64,000 nt of DNA, taken from the IMG/VR virus record IMGVR_UViG_3300029305_005387, one strand, 5' to 3'. The notes beneath the pieces are model-generated. The model saw only the letters and a program-made list of their open reading frames with translations, searched no databases and was not told the DNA's origin. Made by a program: the position numbers and the translations under genes. Positions 18,216 through 28,701 of the stretch are shown here, piece after piece. Position 1 is the first letter of the stretch. Each line of letters begins with the position of its first letter. Source of the DNA: a virus. Taxonomy: Duplodnaviria > Caudoviricetes.

Positions 18216-20846
18216 TTAATTCTCTAATACAGCTACTCTTCGGAATAAACCACAATGACAAAGTCCTATCTCGTTACTTTCTCTAAACTCTTTACACATA
18301 CATTTTGTATCAGGAGTCTTTTCAATAACACAAGGACAATATCCATCGTTTTCTTTAAGCTTTTTCTTAATAAGTTCTACGTGTTCTTTATCTTCATTAG
18401 CAATAATTTTAGTTTTTACATTACCAGATACAGATTCTGCACTTATTTTGAAGGAATCTATAATTTTATTTAATCCTTCAAATACATGTAAAACTTTACC
18501 ATCAAGAGATGTTGATACTAATGTAGGGGTTTTTGTAACATTTAAAGCTCTTGCTAATTCGATATTTGCAGCTCCGATAATTACATCATATTCGGTTCCA
18601 TGGTTATCAAGGAACTTCTTAGCTTCTTTACAGTTAGGGCATGTAGAAGATACAAATAGAATATTTGATTTAAAGTTCTTGAAATAATCTTCAGATATTT
18701 CCAAAGTATTTTCTTCTTTTTTATCTTGATTTAATGGTCCTTCATGAGTTAACTTCGAAGTAGTAATGTTATAATTCTGACGATCATCAAATTCCTGTGT
18801 TTTACCATCATTCCAATTCTGTACAGGACGATAGTACCCAGTGATACGACTGTATACTTCTGTAGATTCACCGCAATGAGGACACTTATATTGTTCACCT
18901 ACTAGATATCCATGATTTTTACATACAGAATATGTTGGACTTAAAGTAATATATGGAAGTCTGTAATTATCGGTGATAGTTTTTACAAGTTTAGCAGCTG
19001 ATTTCCAATCAGATAATTTTTCTCCTAAGAAAGCATGGAATACAGTACCTGAAGTATATAGAACTTGTAATTCATCCTGTACATCAAGAGCTTCAAAAAT
19101 ATCATCTGTACATCCTACTGGTAAATGTGAAGAGTTTGTATAGTAAGGAGTACCATTTTCATTAGCACTGATAATATCAGGATATCTCTCTTTATCATGT
19201 TTTGCTAATCTGAAAGAAGTTGATTCTGCTGGTGTAGCTTCAAGGTTATACAGATCACCATATAATTCTTGATAATCAGATAATCTATCTCTCATAAAGT
19301 TAAGAACAGCTTTTGCAAATTCTTGAGATTCTTTATGAGTTAAATCTTTCTGAATCCATTTAGCATTTAAACAAGCTTCATTCATACCAACAATACCAAT
19401 CGTAGAGAAATGGTTATCTAATGTACCAAGATATCTCTTTGTGTATGGATATAATCCAGCTTCAAGAAGTTTAGTAATAATCGTTCTTTTCACATTTAAA
19501 CTTCTTGCTGCAAGATCCATCAAATTTTTTAGCTTTGCATAGAATTCATCTTTATTTTGTGATAAATATGCAATTTTAGGTAAATTCAGTGTTACTACAC
19601 CGATACTACCTGTAGACTCTCCACTTCCGAAAAATCCACCCTGTTTCTTTCGCAATTCTCTTAGATCGAGCAATAACCGGCAGCACATACTACGGATATC
19701 ACTAGGATTTAGGTCACTATTTACGTAATTTGTGAAATATGGAATTCCATACTTAGCAGCCATTTCAAATAGAAGCTTGTTATTTTCAGTTTCAGACCAA
19801 TCGAAATCTTTTGTAATAGAATAAGTCGGGATGGGATACTGGAATCCTCTTCCATTAGCGTCTCCTTCAATCATCAATTCAATAAATGCCTTATTAATCA
19901 TATCAATTTCTTTCTGACATTCACCATATGTGAAATCTTGTTGTTTTCCACCAACGATGGCAGGAAGATTTTTCATATCTTCAGGACAAGTCCAATCTAA
20001 TGTTACATTAGAAAACGGAGCTTGTGTTCCCCAACGAGAAGGAGTATTTACACCATAAATGAAACTCTGTAAACATTGTTTAGTTTCTTTATAAGAAAGA
20101 TTATCAATCTTTACAAATGGTGCGAGGTAAGTATCAAATGAAGAAAATGCTTGTGCACCAGCCCATTCATTCTGCATGATACCTAAAAAGTTTACCATTT
20201 GATTACATAAAGTTGATAAATGACTTGCAGGTGTAGATGTAATCTTTCCAGGAACACCACCTAGTCCTTCTTCAATTAACTGACGTAAAGACCAACCAGC
20301 ACAATATGCCGTTAACATACCAAGATCATGAATATGGAAATCACAATTTCTATGAGCATTTGCAATGTCTTGATCGTAAACCTCTGACAACCAATAGTTT
20401 GCTGTTACTGCACCAGAGTTAGAAAGAATTAATCCGCCAACTGAGTATGTTACTGTAGAATTCTCTTTAACTCGCCAGTCATTAATTTTCAAATACTTGT
20501 CAATTGTCTCTTTATAATCAATAAGAGTGTTGTTTACATTGCGTAATTTCTCTCGTTGTTTTCTATATAAAATGTAAGCCTTTGCTACTTCAGTATATCC
20601 AGTTTCAGAAAGCACATGTTCTACACTATCTTGAATATCTTCAACACTGATTTTGTTTTCAACAATCTTTTCTTCAAAATCAGAATTGACTCTGATAGTG
20701 ATCAATTCGACTGTAGTTGAATGTACCTTTTTATTTGTAGCATCGAATGCTTTAGTAATTGCAGAAATAATTTTATTGATATTGAAATCAACAATTTCTC
20801 CGCTACGTTTGACTACTTTAAAGTCGTTAGTTGAAAAATGTTCCAT
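18216..20846 (-). CDS. nrdD: Anaerobic ribonucleoside-triphosphate reductase (ATP cone) with fused glutaredoxin-like and FTR-like domains
   Basis: VVKRSG ATP cone, SMCCRL, CKNHG/CPHC, YSRITGYY glycyl-radical loop; CPNC; CPC/CMC/CHC. Confidence 0.95.
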   Translation of the reverse strand: MEHFSTNDFKVVKRSGEIVDFNINKIISAITKAFDATNKKVHSTTVELITIRVNSDFEEKIVENKISVEDIQDSVEHVLSETGYTEVAKAYILYRKQREKLRNVNNTLIDYKETIDKYLKINDWRVKENSTVTYSVGGLILSNSGAVTANYWLSEVYDQDIANAHRNCDFHIHDLGMLTAYCAGWSLRQLIEEGLGGVPGKITSTPASHLSTLCNQMVNFLGIMQNEWAGAQAFSSFDTYLAPFVKIDNLSYKETKQCLQSFIYGVNTPSRWGTQAPFSNVTLDWTCPEDMKNLPAIVGGKQQDFTYGECQKEIDMINKAFIELMIEGDANGRGFQYPIPTYSITKDFDWSETENNKLLFEMAAKYGIPYFTNYVNSDLNPSDIRSMCCRLLLDLRELRKKQGGFFGSGESTGSIGVVTLNLPKIAYLSQNKDEFYAKLKNLMDLAARSLNVKRTIITKLLEAGLYPYTKRYLGTLDNHFSTIGIVGMNEACLNAKWIQKDLTHKESQEFAKAVLNFMRDRLSDYQELYGDLYNLEATPAESTSFRLAKHDKERYPDIISANENGTPYYTNSSHLPVGCTDDIFEALDVQDELQVLYTSGTVFHAFLGEKLSDWKSAAKLVKTITDNYRLPYITLSPTYSVCKNHGYLVGEQYKCPHCGESTEVYSRITGYYRPVQNWNDGKTQEFDDRQNYNITTSKLTHEGPLNQDKKEENTLEISEDYFKNFKSNILFVSSTCPNCKEAKKFLDNHGTEYDVIIGAANIELARALNVTKTPTLVSTSLDGKVLHVFEGLNKIIDSFKISAESVSGNVKTKIIANEDKEHVELIKKKLKENDGYCPCVIEKTPDTKCMCKEFRESNEIGLCHCGLFRRVAVLEN

Positions 20847-20934
20847 TATTTTACATCTCCTTTTTTAATTTTGATTAATATATTGAAATGACTTTTTTAA
20901 GATTTAAAGTCATTATAATATACGAAAATAAAAT

Positions 20935-20966
20935 TGATAGGTGTGGGAAATTTCCCACACCTATCA
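20935..20966. terminator. Perfect 32-bp palindrome
   Basis: TGATAGGTGTGGGAAA|TTTCCCACACCTATCA. Confidence 0.7.
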
Positions 20967-20972
20967 TTATTC

Positions 20973-22475
20973 TTAAGATACAACGATGTTCGGTTTATTT
21001 TCTTCAGTAAATACCATTGGTTGTCCACCATCATAAAGGTAATATAACTGAAGTTTATCTTTGTGCTTATTGCCACTAAGCATAATGTTGACATTACTCA
21101 TGTTAGTAGTTGCAGCACCGTAAGGCTGTACTAATAGGATACCTGCATATTCAGGATATTCTTCATTCGTTTTGTAATATACATTGTTTTCAATATAGAT
21201 ATTACATTTTGCATCACCTTTGGTACCAACACGAACCGCGTTACTGGAATATTCAAATACATTATCACGGATGTAGATATTTGCATTATCTTCTACATCA
21301 TAGATGTTGATAATGTTGTTAGAACATACAGATTCTTCAAAGTAGTTATTAGAAATAGAACTTCCATCAGTTAATTTCTGAACAAGTTCCATACCGTTGT
21401 AATAGCTACCTACTTCAGAAGTAACATTTGTACCAAAATAACATCCTTCAATTACAAGTTTAACTGGTTCATTTCCTCTAGCTAAGCAAAGATAAGATTT
21501 TTCCTGATAAGGTTCAATGTCTTTGATTACACAGTTTTCAAGTGAAACTGTTCCAGCTCCTGAAGTAAGATTTAAATATGCTTCTTTAGTAAGTGTAATA
21601 CCTTTCAAAGAAACATTTACATTTTCAGCGATATTGAAAGATCCACTAAATACAGTACCAGTATCTTTACCCTTGAAAGCGACTGTGTTAACTTTGATAT
21701 CAGGATTGCTACCTAAAATCTCTACATCTTTAGTGATATTAATTTTACCACTGACATCACCAGTAGGAAGATTTACAATACCAGATTCGGAAGAAGTAAT
21801 AGCTTCTTCAATTGCAGTTGCACTCATCTGAGTTACAGGAATTTCTTTATCTGCAAATTTAACTAACTTGATATCAATTTCTTTCACAGATCCATCTTCA
21901 ATGAATACAACTTTCTGAGGAGTCAACATAGAATCAGAAGTGATTGCAACAATCTTTGCAGTTACGTTCTTATCAACGCCATTATCCAAATCAAGATAAA
22001 TAAACTGCTGATAAATACTTCCTTCAAACAGATCAAATTCATTCAATCCATTGTCAGAAAGTTCAACCTCCATATGTACACCATACTTCAAACCAACAGA
22101 CATACGTTTTACAACATCACCATCAGGTTTGAATTCAAGAATTTCTCTTACAGGAACATTGATAACTTTAGAATGATATTGTTCAGAACAGTCAAGTGAG
22201 ATAGACTGTAGGGTTACATCTTCATCAAAGTAACTCTTTACGTCATCAATAGAACTGTAAACGTGTTTTACATTTTTCTTAGTGAAGCTAATCTTATCTA
22301 ATCGACCACTCACTACAGCAATGTCACCATTAAGAGCATATCGTAAATTCTCAATAATGTCTTCTTTTTCAAAGGCATCTGTAGTGATATCACCATTTTC
22401 ATAGATAGTATTGATCATTAACTTCAGCTTCTGAGATAAATGTGTTTCAATTACTCTTGCCATTTTAATTGTCAT
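20973..22475 (-). CDS. Protein with C-terminal right-handed beta-helix (pectin-lyase-like)
   Basis: Repeats LENCVI, IEGCYF, ISNNYF, IRDNVF, IENNVY, LSGN; late motif upstream. Confidence 0.7.
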   Translation of the reverse strand: MTIKMARVIETHLSQKLKLMINTIYENGDITTDAFEKEDIIENLRYALNGDIAVVSGRLDKISFTKKNVKHVYSSIDDVKSYFDEDVTLQSISLDCSEQYHSKVINVPVREILEFKPDGDVVKRMSVGLKYGVHMEVELSDNGLNEFDLFEGSIYQQFIYLDLDNGVDKNVTAKIVAITSDSMLTPQKVVFIEDGSVKEIDIKLVKFADKEIPVTQMSATAIEEAITSSESGIVNLPTGDVSGKINITKDVEILGSNPDIKVNTVAFKGKDTGTVFSGSFNIAENVNVSLKGITLTKEAYLNLTSGAGTVSLENCVIKDIEPYQEKSYLCLARGNEPVKLVIEGCYFGTNVTSEVGSYYNGMELVQKLTDGSSISNNYFEESVCSNNIINIYDVEDNANIYIRDNVFEYSSNAVRVGTKGDAKCNIYIENNVYYKTNEEYPEYAGILLVQPYGAATTNMSNVNIMLSGNKHKDKLQLYYLYDGGQPMVFTEENKPNIVVS

Positions 22476-22509
22476 CCTTTCTTTTTAATTTACTATATTT
22501 ACTATAGGT

Positions 22510-22521
22510 TATCAGCTTGTT
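22510..22521 (-). promoter_or_regulatory. Late-type promoter AACA-N6-TA
   Basis: AACAagctgaTA. Confidence 0.6.
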
Positions 22522-22531
22522 TCACAGAAAT

Positions 22532-22561
22532 CGTCATGGACTGGAATTCCAGTCCATGACG
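22532..22561. terminator. Perfect 30-bp palindrome
   Basis: CGTCATGGACTGGAA|TTCCAGTCCATGACG. Confidence 0.65.
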
Positions 22562-22708
22562 TTACAGAACGAAACCAAAAATTTCAAGCATAATTTCAGT
22601 TATGTCATTAGCAGTCATCGGAATCAATCCATAGTCTGCTAAAGTTTTGTCACCTATTACAGTTACACCATTAAGTATTGGAAGTCCCAAAAGTTCATCA
22701 TAATTCAT
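22562..22708 (-). CDS. 48-aa protein (not in ORF track)
   Basis: GAGGAG RBS; MNYDELLGLPILNGVTVIGDKTLADYGLIPMTANDITEIMLEIFGFVL. Confidence 0.7.
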   Translation of the reverse strand: MNYDELLGLPILNGVTVIGDKTLADYGLIPMTANDITEIMLEIFGFVL

Positions 22709-22747
22709 ATATTGTAACTCCTCTCATTAATATTTTTATCAATGAGT

Positions 22748-23341
22748 TTATTTATTTAATACAGGAGCTATCTTTTCATACATCTCATCAATTAAATGAT
22801 GCTGACCGTCATTAGAAGCAGCAACTGCTAACTGATCTGCTCTTTCATTGAATTCGTGACCTGTATGTCCTTCTACATGATTCATGATCAAGTTAATATT
22901 CATTGATCTCAGCTGGTTCTGAATATTAATAATTTGCTCCCACAGATCTTTATTTTTCACATCTTTTGGTTTCTGACCATTGTAGTTAGATGTCAGCCAA
23001 TTATTTGATTGCCAGCGAGTAATCCAATTTTGTTTAATTGCTTTTACAAAATAATCAGAGTCAGAACTCAATGTAATCTGAGTTGGAATATCATTGATAA
23101 ATATACCATTCTTTATTTCATGAATGATTCTATTTAATCCATAAATTCCTGCCATGATTTCCATTCGATTGTTTGTACTCAAACGAAAACCTTGATTTCC
23201 TTCAATAGTCTTAGTTTCAGGCATTCCTTCAAAGTCATCATCTGAAAGCTCGGTATATTTGATAATATATCCAAGACCTGATGCTCCAGGGTTACGTAGA
23301 CTTGATCCATCTGTAAATAGTTCAATAGATTTATTAATCAT
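22748..23341 (-). CDS. rnhA: Ribonuclease HI
   Basis: FTDGS, STNNRME, SDSDY, VKNKDLW, HVEGH, NERADQLA. Confidence 0.95.
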   Translation of the reverse strand: MINKSIELFTDGSSLRNPGASGLGYIIKYTELSDDDFEGMPETKTIEGNQGFRLSTNNRMEIMAGIYGLNRIIHEIKNGIFINDIPTQITLSSDSDYFVKAIKQNWITRWQSNNWLTSNYNGQKPKDVKNKDLWEQIINIQNQLRSMNINLIMNHVEGHTGHEFNERADQLAVAASNDGQHHLIDEMYEKIAPVLNK

Positions 23342-23401
23342 AATTAATAAATACCTCCTTTGATTTATTATATTTTTATGTAATTTTATTTTCGTTAGTT
23401 T

Positions 23402-23433
23402 ATAATGGAGGAGAAAATTTTCTCCTCCATTAT
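23402..23433. terminator. Perfect 32-bp palindrome
   Basis: ATAATGGAGGAGAAAA|TTTTCTCCTCCATTAT. Confidence 0.7.
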
Positions 23434-23434
23434 T

Positions 23435-24865
23435 TTAGTACTGAGAAATTTGTTCGTTAATAGCCTTTTCTGCCTTGGTGACAAGTTTCTTGAATTTTGG
23501 ATTATTATTCAATTTAGTAATTCTCTGTAATAGTGCAGCTTCTGTCTTCTTATTCTGTTTAGCAACTTTCTTTCGTTCAGACTGTTGCATATTTTCAGTA
23601 GTCATATTCATCTTACGACGGAGTTCCATAACATTAATACCGTTGGACTCCATAAGTTTAAAGAATTCTTGAAGTTCTTTATCTCCATATGTCATATAAC
23701 GTTCACCAACAGGTCTCTGTTTAGCAATCTCTTCACTAACCACCAAATCATAGATAAATACGTCATCATCATTAGCCCAAGATCCATCGAATCGAAGATC
23801 ATCCCAGAAACTCTTCTCTTTCTTTTCAGGTTCAAAGATACTATTTGTAATTAACATAGTTCTAGGTGTATAACTATCACCCTCTCTATTGTTAGGATTA
23901 CTTTGAATCTTTCTGAGCATATCATGAAGACTTTCTTTAGCATATCTTTCTTTCTTACTAAGTTTCTTATTTTTCTTCTTAGAATTGAATGTCTTCCTAT
24001 CATAACCTTTAATCATTCTAGGTTTGATATCTTTAACTTTCATTTCAGGAGGAGAATCGACATTGTTCTGTAGGTATTCGGCCTCTTCAAGAGAAATAAG
24101 TCTAAAGAATTTATCTTCTTCAGATTCTTCTTCACATTCTTCTTCACATTCAATATCGTCGAATTGATCATACCAACTATCATATTGTTTCTTTGGATCT
24201 TCTTTTACTAAATCTTTTGGATCTAATTCTGGATTAGAAATATAATTGATAATTAAATCCATATTATATTTATCTAATCCTTTCATTCTTGGCATTATAA
24301 TAGAATTAGAATAAATAAATCCATCTGAAACCATTTCAAAAAATCTTTCTTTGCTATGCATATAGTTATCTTTAGATTCTAATAACTCCCATGCATCTAC
24401 AACTACTCGCATAGCTTCAATGTACTTATCAATCTGACGATATGTTTTCTTTAACCCATTGAGTTTCATTCGAAGTTCAGCCAATGTATCATTCTTTACT
24501 CTTTCTTCATCACTGATATGATATACATCATTTTCACCATAATCATGTACTATTGTAGTTTCACATGATTGGCGAATTGCATTCATCTCACTCTCAGTGT
24601 ATTTATATTCTCTTCTTTTCGTGTAACGTTTGAAATGGACATCTTCCTCAATTTCTATTGGACCTGTCGGAAGTACAAATCCATTTTCATCTGCCTCACC
24701 TTGATCTTGTTTCATTTTTACAATTTCACTACTTGTTAGGAAATCTTCATTATCTTCATCATCATAATTATATGAATTTCCAATAGTAGATGAATCTCCA
24801 AATGCTCCAAACAAAGCTTCTTGTTCGATCAAATCTTGATATTGTTCAAAAGTACTTTTAGCCAT
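23435..24865 (-). CDS. Hypothetical protein (476 aa)
   Basis: Long ORF with RBS; ATATATTAT at 24904-24912. Confidence 0.75.
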   Translation of the reverse strand: MAKSTFEQYQDLIEQEALFGAFGDSSTIGNSYNYDDEDNEDFLTSSEIVKMKQDQGEADENGFVLPTGPIEIEEDVHFKRYTKRREYKYTESEMNAIRQSCETTIVHDYGENDVYHISDEERVKNDTLAELRMKLNGLKKTYRQIDKYIEAMRVVVDAWELLESKDNYMHSKERFFEMVSDGFIYSNSIIMPRMKGLDKYNMDLIINYISNPELDPKDLVKEDPKKQYDSWYDQFDDIECEEECEEESEEDKFFRLISLEEAEYLQNNVDSPPEMKVKDIKPRMIKGYDRKTFNSKKKNKKLSKKERYAKESLHDMLRKIQSNPNNREGDSYTPRTMLITNSIFEPEKKEKSFWDDLRFDGSWANDDDVFIYDLVVSEEIAKQRPVGERYMTYGDKELQEFFKLMESNGINVMELRRKMNMTTENMQQSERKKVAKQNKKTEAALLQRITKLNNNPKFKKLVTKAEKAINEQISQY

Positions 24866-24928
24866 ATATTAGTCACCTATCCTTTCTTTATTTCATTATT
24901 TTAATAATATATAAACAAGAAAGAATTT

Positions 24929-24968
24929 AATATATTAGAGGAATCCAATTGGATTCCTCTAATATATT
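24929..24968. terminator. Perfect 40-bp palindrome
   Basis: AATATATTAGAGGAATCCAA|TTGGATTCCTCTAATATATT. Confidence 0.7.
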
Positions 24969-24976
24969 TTTTAATA

Positions 24977-27523
24977 TTAAATCTTTCGACCTTTACTATG
25001 TGCTTGCTGAATATAACGATACTGTGTTCTAATTGATCCAGTAATGATTTCAAATAATGTACCATATTGATTCTTAATAGCTAATTCGATTTTACTCAAA
25101 GCTAGCTGACTTAAATCAACCTGATTCAATACTTTATTTTCGTTATTATTTTGCTGTGTAGTTTGAGGTTGTTGTGTTTGATTTTCAGTTCCACCGGTTA
25201 ATGTAGGTGGTTTCTCATCAGGTTTTTGTTCTGTGCTTGGAGGATCAATCTTCTGTCCAACTATTTTAGATTTGATAGTTGTAAGAGCCTGATCAATTCT
25301 GTTATTCAATTCAGTAATTCCTTGACGAGTCTGATCACATTTAGCCACATTTTCAAACCAAACATTTGTTAATTCTGCTTTAATCTCTTCATGAGAATTC
25401 AAGGTTTTAGTTTTTAATTCAGTATTAGAACTACTAGGATCGATACCAAACAGAATCCAGTTTCTATATAATTCATTGATCTTCTTTGCTTCAATTTTGT
25501 CATTATTGAATATCTTGTTAAGATCCATTTTTTCAGTTACATACAAATTATGGATATATTTGTCCAGAGACTCCTGAGATTTCAATACATCAGAATTGAA
25601 AGCATTTAGTTTATTAATCAATGTATCAATATGACTGATGTATACAGAACTTTTATATGGAATAATATTTTCCATAGGAGGTGTAAAAGTCATCTGTGTT
25701 AATGAACTTTGATATTTCTTACACCATTCAATCGCTTCATTCAATTCTCTGTTTGTCCAGAAAGTATCCCATTTCTTTTTCAAACCAGCAAGCCACGCCA
25801 TAAGAGCGTTTGCAACATCTTTAATATTTACAGCTTCATTATAATACCAGAAGTCTTTCATACCTGGAAGAGATTCTACATATTCATCATACATAGTCAT
25901 TTCTTCTAAAGATGGTAAAGAATAATCATCAATAAGATCCAAAGGAATACGAGTTAATTCAGGAACACCACTCATCATATTATGACTAGAGCTGAAATCA
26001 GATTTCTCTCCACCAGGAATTTTTATTGTCAAATCATTTATTGTATTTGCAATTTTGATATTACGAATTTCATTGATCTTCATTTCAATATCTCTAGCTT
26101 TATATAAGAAAGCAACGTTCAGTTCTTTATAAAGTTCAAGAATGTTTTTAGCTAATTCTGTAGCTGTAGTTAATGCAGAATTGTTATGCTTCGGATTATT
26201 TGACTCGTGGTTCATAAAGTCTTCAATGATATGGAAAGACATTTTAAGTTTACTAAGCATCTGAATAATAAATTCACCTAAATCAGAAGCAAGTTTCTGA
26301 TATCCTTCAATAGTTTCTTTTTCAGGTTTAGTACCACGAATAACATGTAGCATTTCCTGTTTGGAAGTAGTAACATTTTCAATTGCATGTTTAGGTGATA
26401 AAGTCATTGCATTTAAAGAATCTTTAATTCTAACTAAATCTTGGAAATTTCTGCTATACAACTGATCAGCATATAATCTATTAGACAAGAATTCTCTTAG
26501 CTCATTAGAAATCAATTTAGATCCAAAATAGTTATTTTCTAACTCCGCAAGTTCAGGTACACCAGCCGGATTAAATGAATCTCTCTTATCTGCAAAGAAA
26601 TTGTATGATCCAATGGATTTTAAGAACTTTTCATAAACCTGAGATACTTCTACAAGTTTATGAATATCTTTAAAAATAATTTCATTTGCATCTCTCATAA
26701 CAGTAATCTCATTATCAGAAGGAACTGATTTAATATGAGATTTTACAGATTCATTATAACTTCTAAAGAAGATATAAGGACATACATATTGAGAGATTGT
26801 ATAAATACGTGTAGCATATGCAGTTAATACATAATTCATGTATTCAACTACATGATTGATTACGGAAATCATTAACTTTGGTTCAATTGATCTAATCTGT
26901 AAATGTTTATTCAAATCATAAATGATATATTCGGCTGTCTTCTCAATAGATTTGTAAATTTCTTTTACATCCATCTTTTCAAATAAATCTTTTCCAGAGA
27001 TAGATTTAAATAAAGCTGCTTCTGCTTTGCTGGCTTTCTTTCTTGGACTGAATTCATTACCTAATGTAAATACTTCATCAAGTAGACCTGCAACGCTATC
27101 TGCTCTACCTTTAAAAGCTTTATTCACAATATATTCAAAGTAATCTTCAATATCATCACTTTCTGTAAACTTATGATTTGTGATTCCTTTAAATATACCA
27201 TCTGCAAATAATATGATAGAAGCAAAATCATATTTACAATATAAATATGATTTAACATCTTTATATTCAATTGCATAAGGACCTTCAGAAGGATCACAAC
27301 TATTCATACCGTCAGTAATTTTATCAGCATATTCAGACCACATATTCAAGAAACTACTAACTTCTCCCATGTAATCTTTAATAACATCTTTATTGATGTC
27401 TTCTGACATAATAACAGCTTTGAATATGTTTTGCTTTAATTTAGAAGCAGCTTTTGTTATTTCATGAACAGATTTTCTGAGATCTGTATCATGCATCATT
27501 TTAAAATCATATTTAGAACTCAT
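24977..27523 (-). CDS. Large internal head protein / polyprotein
   Basis: YNE-S and YNE-A sites; the latter precedes amphipathic NALMAWLAGLKKKWDTFW; GACA-N6-TA at 27560-27571; RBS supports ATG 27523. Confidence 0.6.
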   Translation of the reverse strand: MSSKYDFKMMHDTDLRKSVHEITKAASKLKQNIFKAVIMSEDINKDVIKDYMGEVSSFLNMWSEYADKITDGMNSCDPSEGPYAIEYKDVKSYLYCKYDFASIILFADGIFKGITNHKFTESDDIEDYFEYIVNKAFKGRADSVAGLLDEVFTLGNEFSPRKKASKAEAALFKSISGKDLFEKMDVKEIYKSIEKTAEYIIYDLNKHLQIRSIEPKLMISVINHVVEYMNYVLTAYATRIYTISQYVCPYIFFRSYNESVKSHIKSVPSDNEITVMRDANEIIFKDIHKLVEVSQVYEKFLKSIGSYNFFADKRDSFNPAGVPELAELENNYFGSKLISNELREFLSNRLYADQLYSRNFQDLVRIKDSLNAMTLSPKHAIENVTTSKQEMLHVIRGTKPEKETIEGYQKLASDLGEFIIQMLSKLKMSFHIIEDFMNHESNNPKHNNSALTTATELAKNILELYKELNVAFLYKARDIEMKINEIRNIKIANTINDLTIKIPGGEKSDFSSSHNMMSGVPELTRIPLDLIDDYSLPSLEEMTMYDEYVESLPGMKDFWYYNEAVNIKDVANALMAWLAGLKKKWDTFWTNRELNEAIEWCKKYQSSLTQMTFTPPMENIIPYKSSVYISHIDTLINKLNAFNSDVLKSQESLDKYIHNLYVTEKMDLNKIFNNDKIEAKKINELYRNWILFGIDPSSSNTELKTKTLNSHEEIKAELTNVWFENVAKCDQTRQGITELNNRIDQALTTIKSKIVGQKIDPPSTEQKPDEKPPTLTGGTENQTQQPQTTQQNNNENKVLNQVDLSQLALSKIELAIKNQYGTLFEIITGSIRTQYRYIQQAHSKGRKI

Positions 27524-27675
27524 TATTAGCACTCTCCTTTTATTTTTATATTCATGAATTAACTTTCTGTCTTAATACGCATACTTTTCATACTATTATT
27601 AAAATACATATTACATGTATTATAAAAATTTCTGCAATACCAAGATTAAATCTATATTAAAGGGGTGGTTACCAT

Positions 27676-28425
27676 ATGAAAATATACAGATGTCAACATT
27701 GTAAATTCAGTGTCGCTGTTAATAAAAATAAAAAAGGTATTCATAGTGCTAAATATATAATGGGTCATCATTATGAAACTAAACATAAAAACCTGTTACC
27801 AGAAGGAATGAGTGGTTACAGATGGTTTTATTATTTATTAACAAAAAAAGACAGAGGAAGTTGTGTCGAGTGTAAAGGTGAAACTGATTTCAATGAGATC
27901 ACTATGAAATATTCCCGTTTTTGTAATAATCCACAATGTAAGCAAAAATATAAAGAAGAACGAGATCGTAGAATGATGGGTAAATATGGCAAACTATATT
28001 TACTTGATGATCCTGAAATGCAAAAGAAGATGCAACAAGGAAGAAAAATAGCTGGATCATATACATGGAGTGATGGAAAAACAAAGATACCTTATTTAGG
28101 CACATATGAATTAGACTTCTTGAAACATTTAGATATTAATTTACACTGGCCTGTTTCCGATATTATTTGTCCATCTCCTCATGTTTATACATATGAATAC
28201 AAAGGAGAATCTCATTTCTATATTCCTGATGCATTTATCCCATCAATGAATTTAGAAATTGAAATAAAAAGTACGGAACGTATGTACAATCAAAATCAAG
28301 AGAGTATGGAAAAAGAAAAAATAAAAGATGATTTAATGAAGTCCTGCTCTAATATGTTTAACTATTTAAGAATTGAAAATAAAAATTATGCTCCATTTGA
28401 AGCATTGATTATGAAGGAGGATTAA
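27676..28425 (+). CDS. Zn-finger PD-(D/E)XK nuclease (TnsA-N / T4 gp4-like)
   Basis: CQHC..H..H, CVEC..C..C, FYIPDAFIPSMNLEIEIKS. Confidence 0.75.
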   Translation: MKIYRCQHCKFSVAVNKNKKGIHSAKYIMGHHYETKHKNLLPEGMSGYRWFYYLLTKKDRGSCVECKGETDFNEITMKYSRFCNNPQCKQKYKEERDRRMMGKYGKLYLLDDPEMQKKMQQGRKIAGSYTWSDGKTKIPYLGTYELDFLKHLDINLHWPVSDIICPSPHVYTYEYKGESHFYIPDAFIPSMNLEIEIKSTERMYNQNQESMEKEKIKDDLMKSCSNMFNYLRIENKNYAPFEALIMKED

Positions 28426-28430
28426 GAGAC

Positions 28431-28640
28431 ATGATTCAGTATGATAAGAGTCAATATTATATTGACTTCAGTGATAGGGATAACTTAACTAATGATGAGA
28501 AGAAAGCATTAGAAAATATTCAGATGTTATATCGCCCAATAGAGAGAGTGGAGTACCTAATTGAATATCGGATCACTGGGAAGATTACATCTGATGAATT
28601 TGAAAAAATGACAGGATTACCATATGATTTCAATGGATAA
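28431..28640 (+). CDS. Hypothetical protein (69 aa)
   Basis: AGGAGG RBS, followed by palindrome. Confidence 0.7.
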   Translation: MIQYDKSQYYIDFSDRDNLTNDEKKALENIQMLYRPIERVEYLIEYRITGKITSDEFEKMTGLPYDFNG

Positions 28641-28642
28641 TT

Positions 28643-28686
28643 ATAAAAATAAAATGGGAGGTCATGACCTCCCATTTTATTTTTAT
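28643..28686. terminator. Perfect 44-bp palindrome between convergent genes
   Basis: ATAAAAATAAAATGGGAGGTCA|TGACCTCCCATTTTATTTTTAT. Confidence 0.75.
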
Positions 28687-28701
28687 TTTTCTAATGACAA
28701 G

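Noticed and set aside
20887-20914. NrdR box upstream of nrdD
   Set aside because: The imperfect inverted repeat does not match the NrdR consensus.
27676-28425. Tn7-like transposon or homing element
   Set aside because: No TnsB/TnsC or terminal repeats; a lone nuclease of this type fits a phage core gene.
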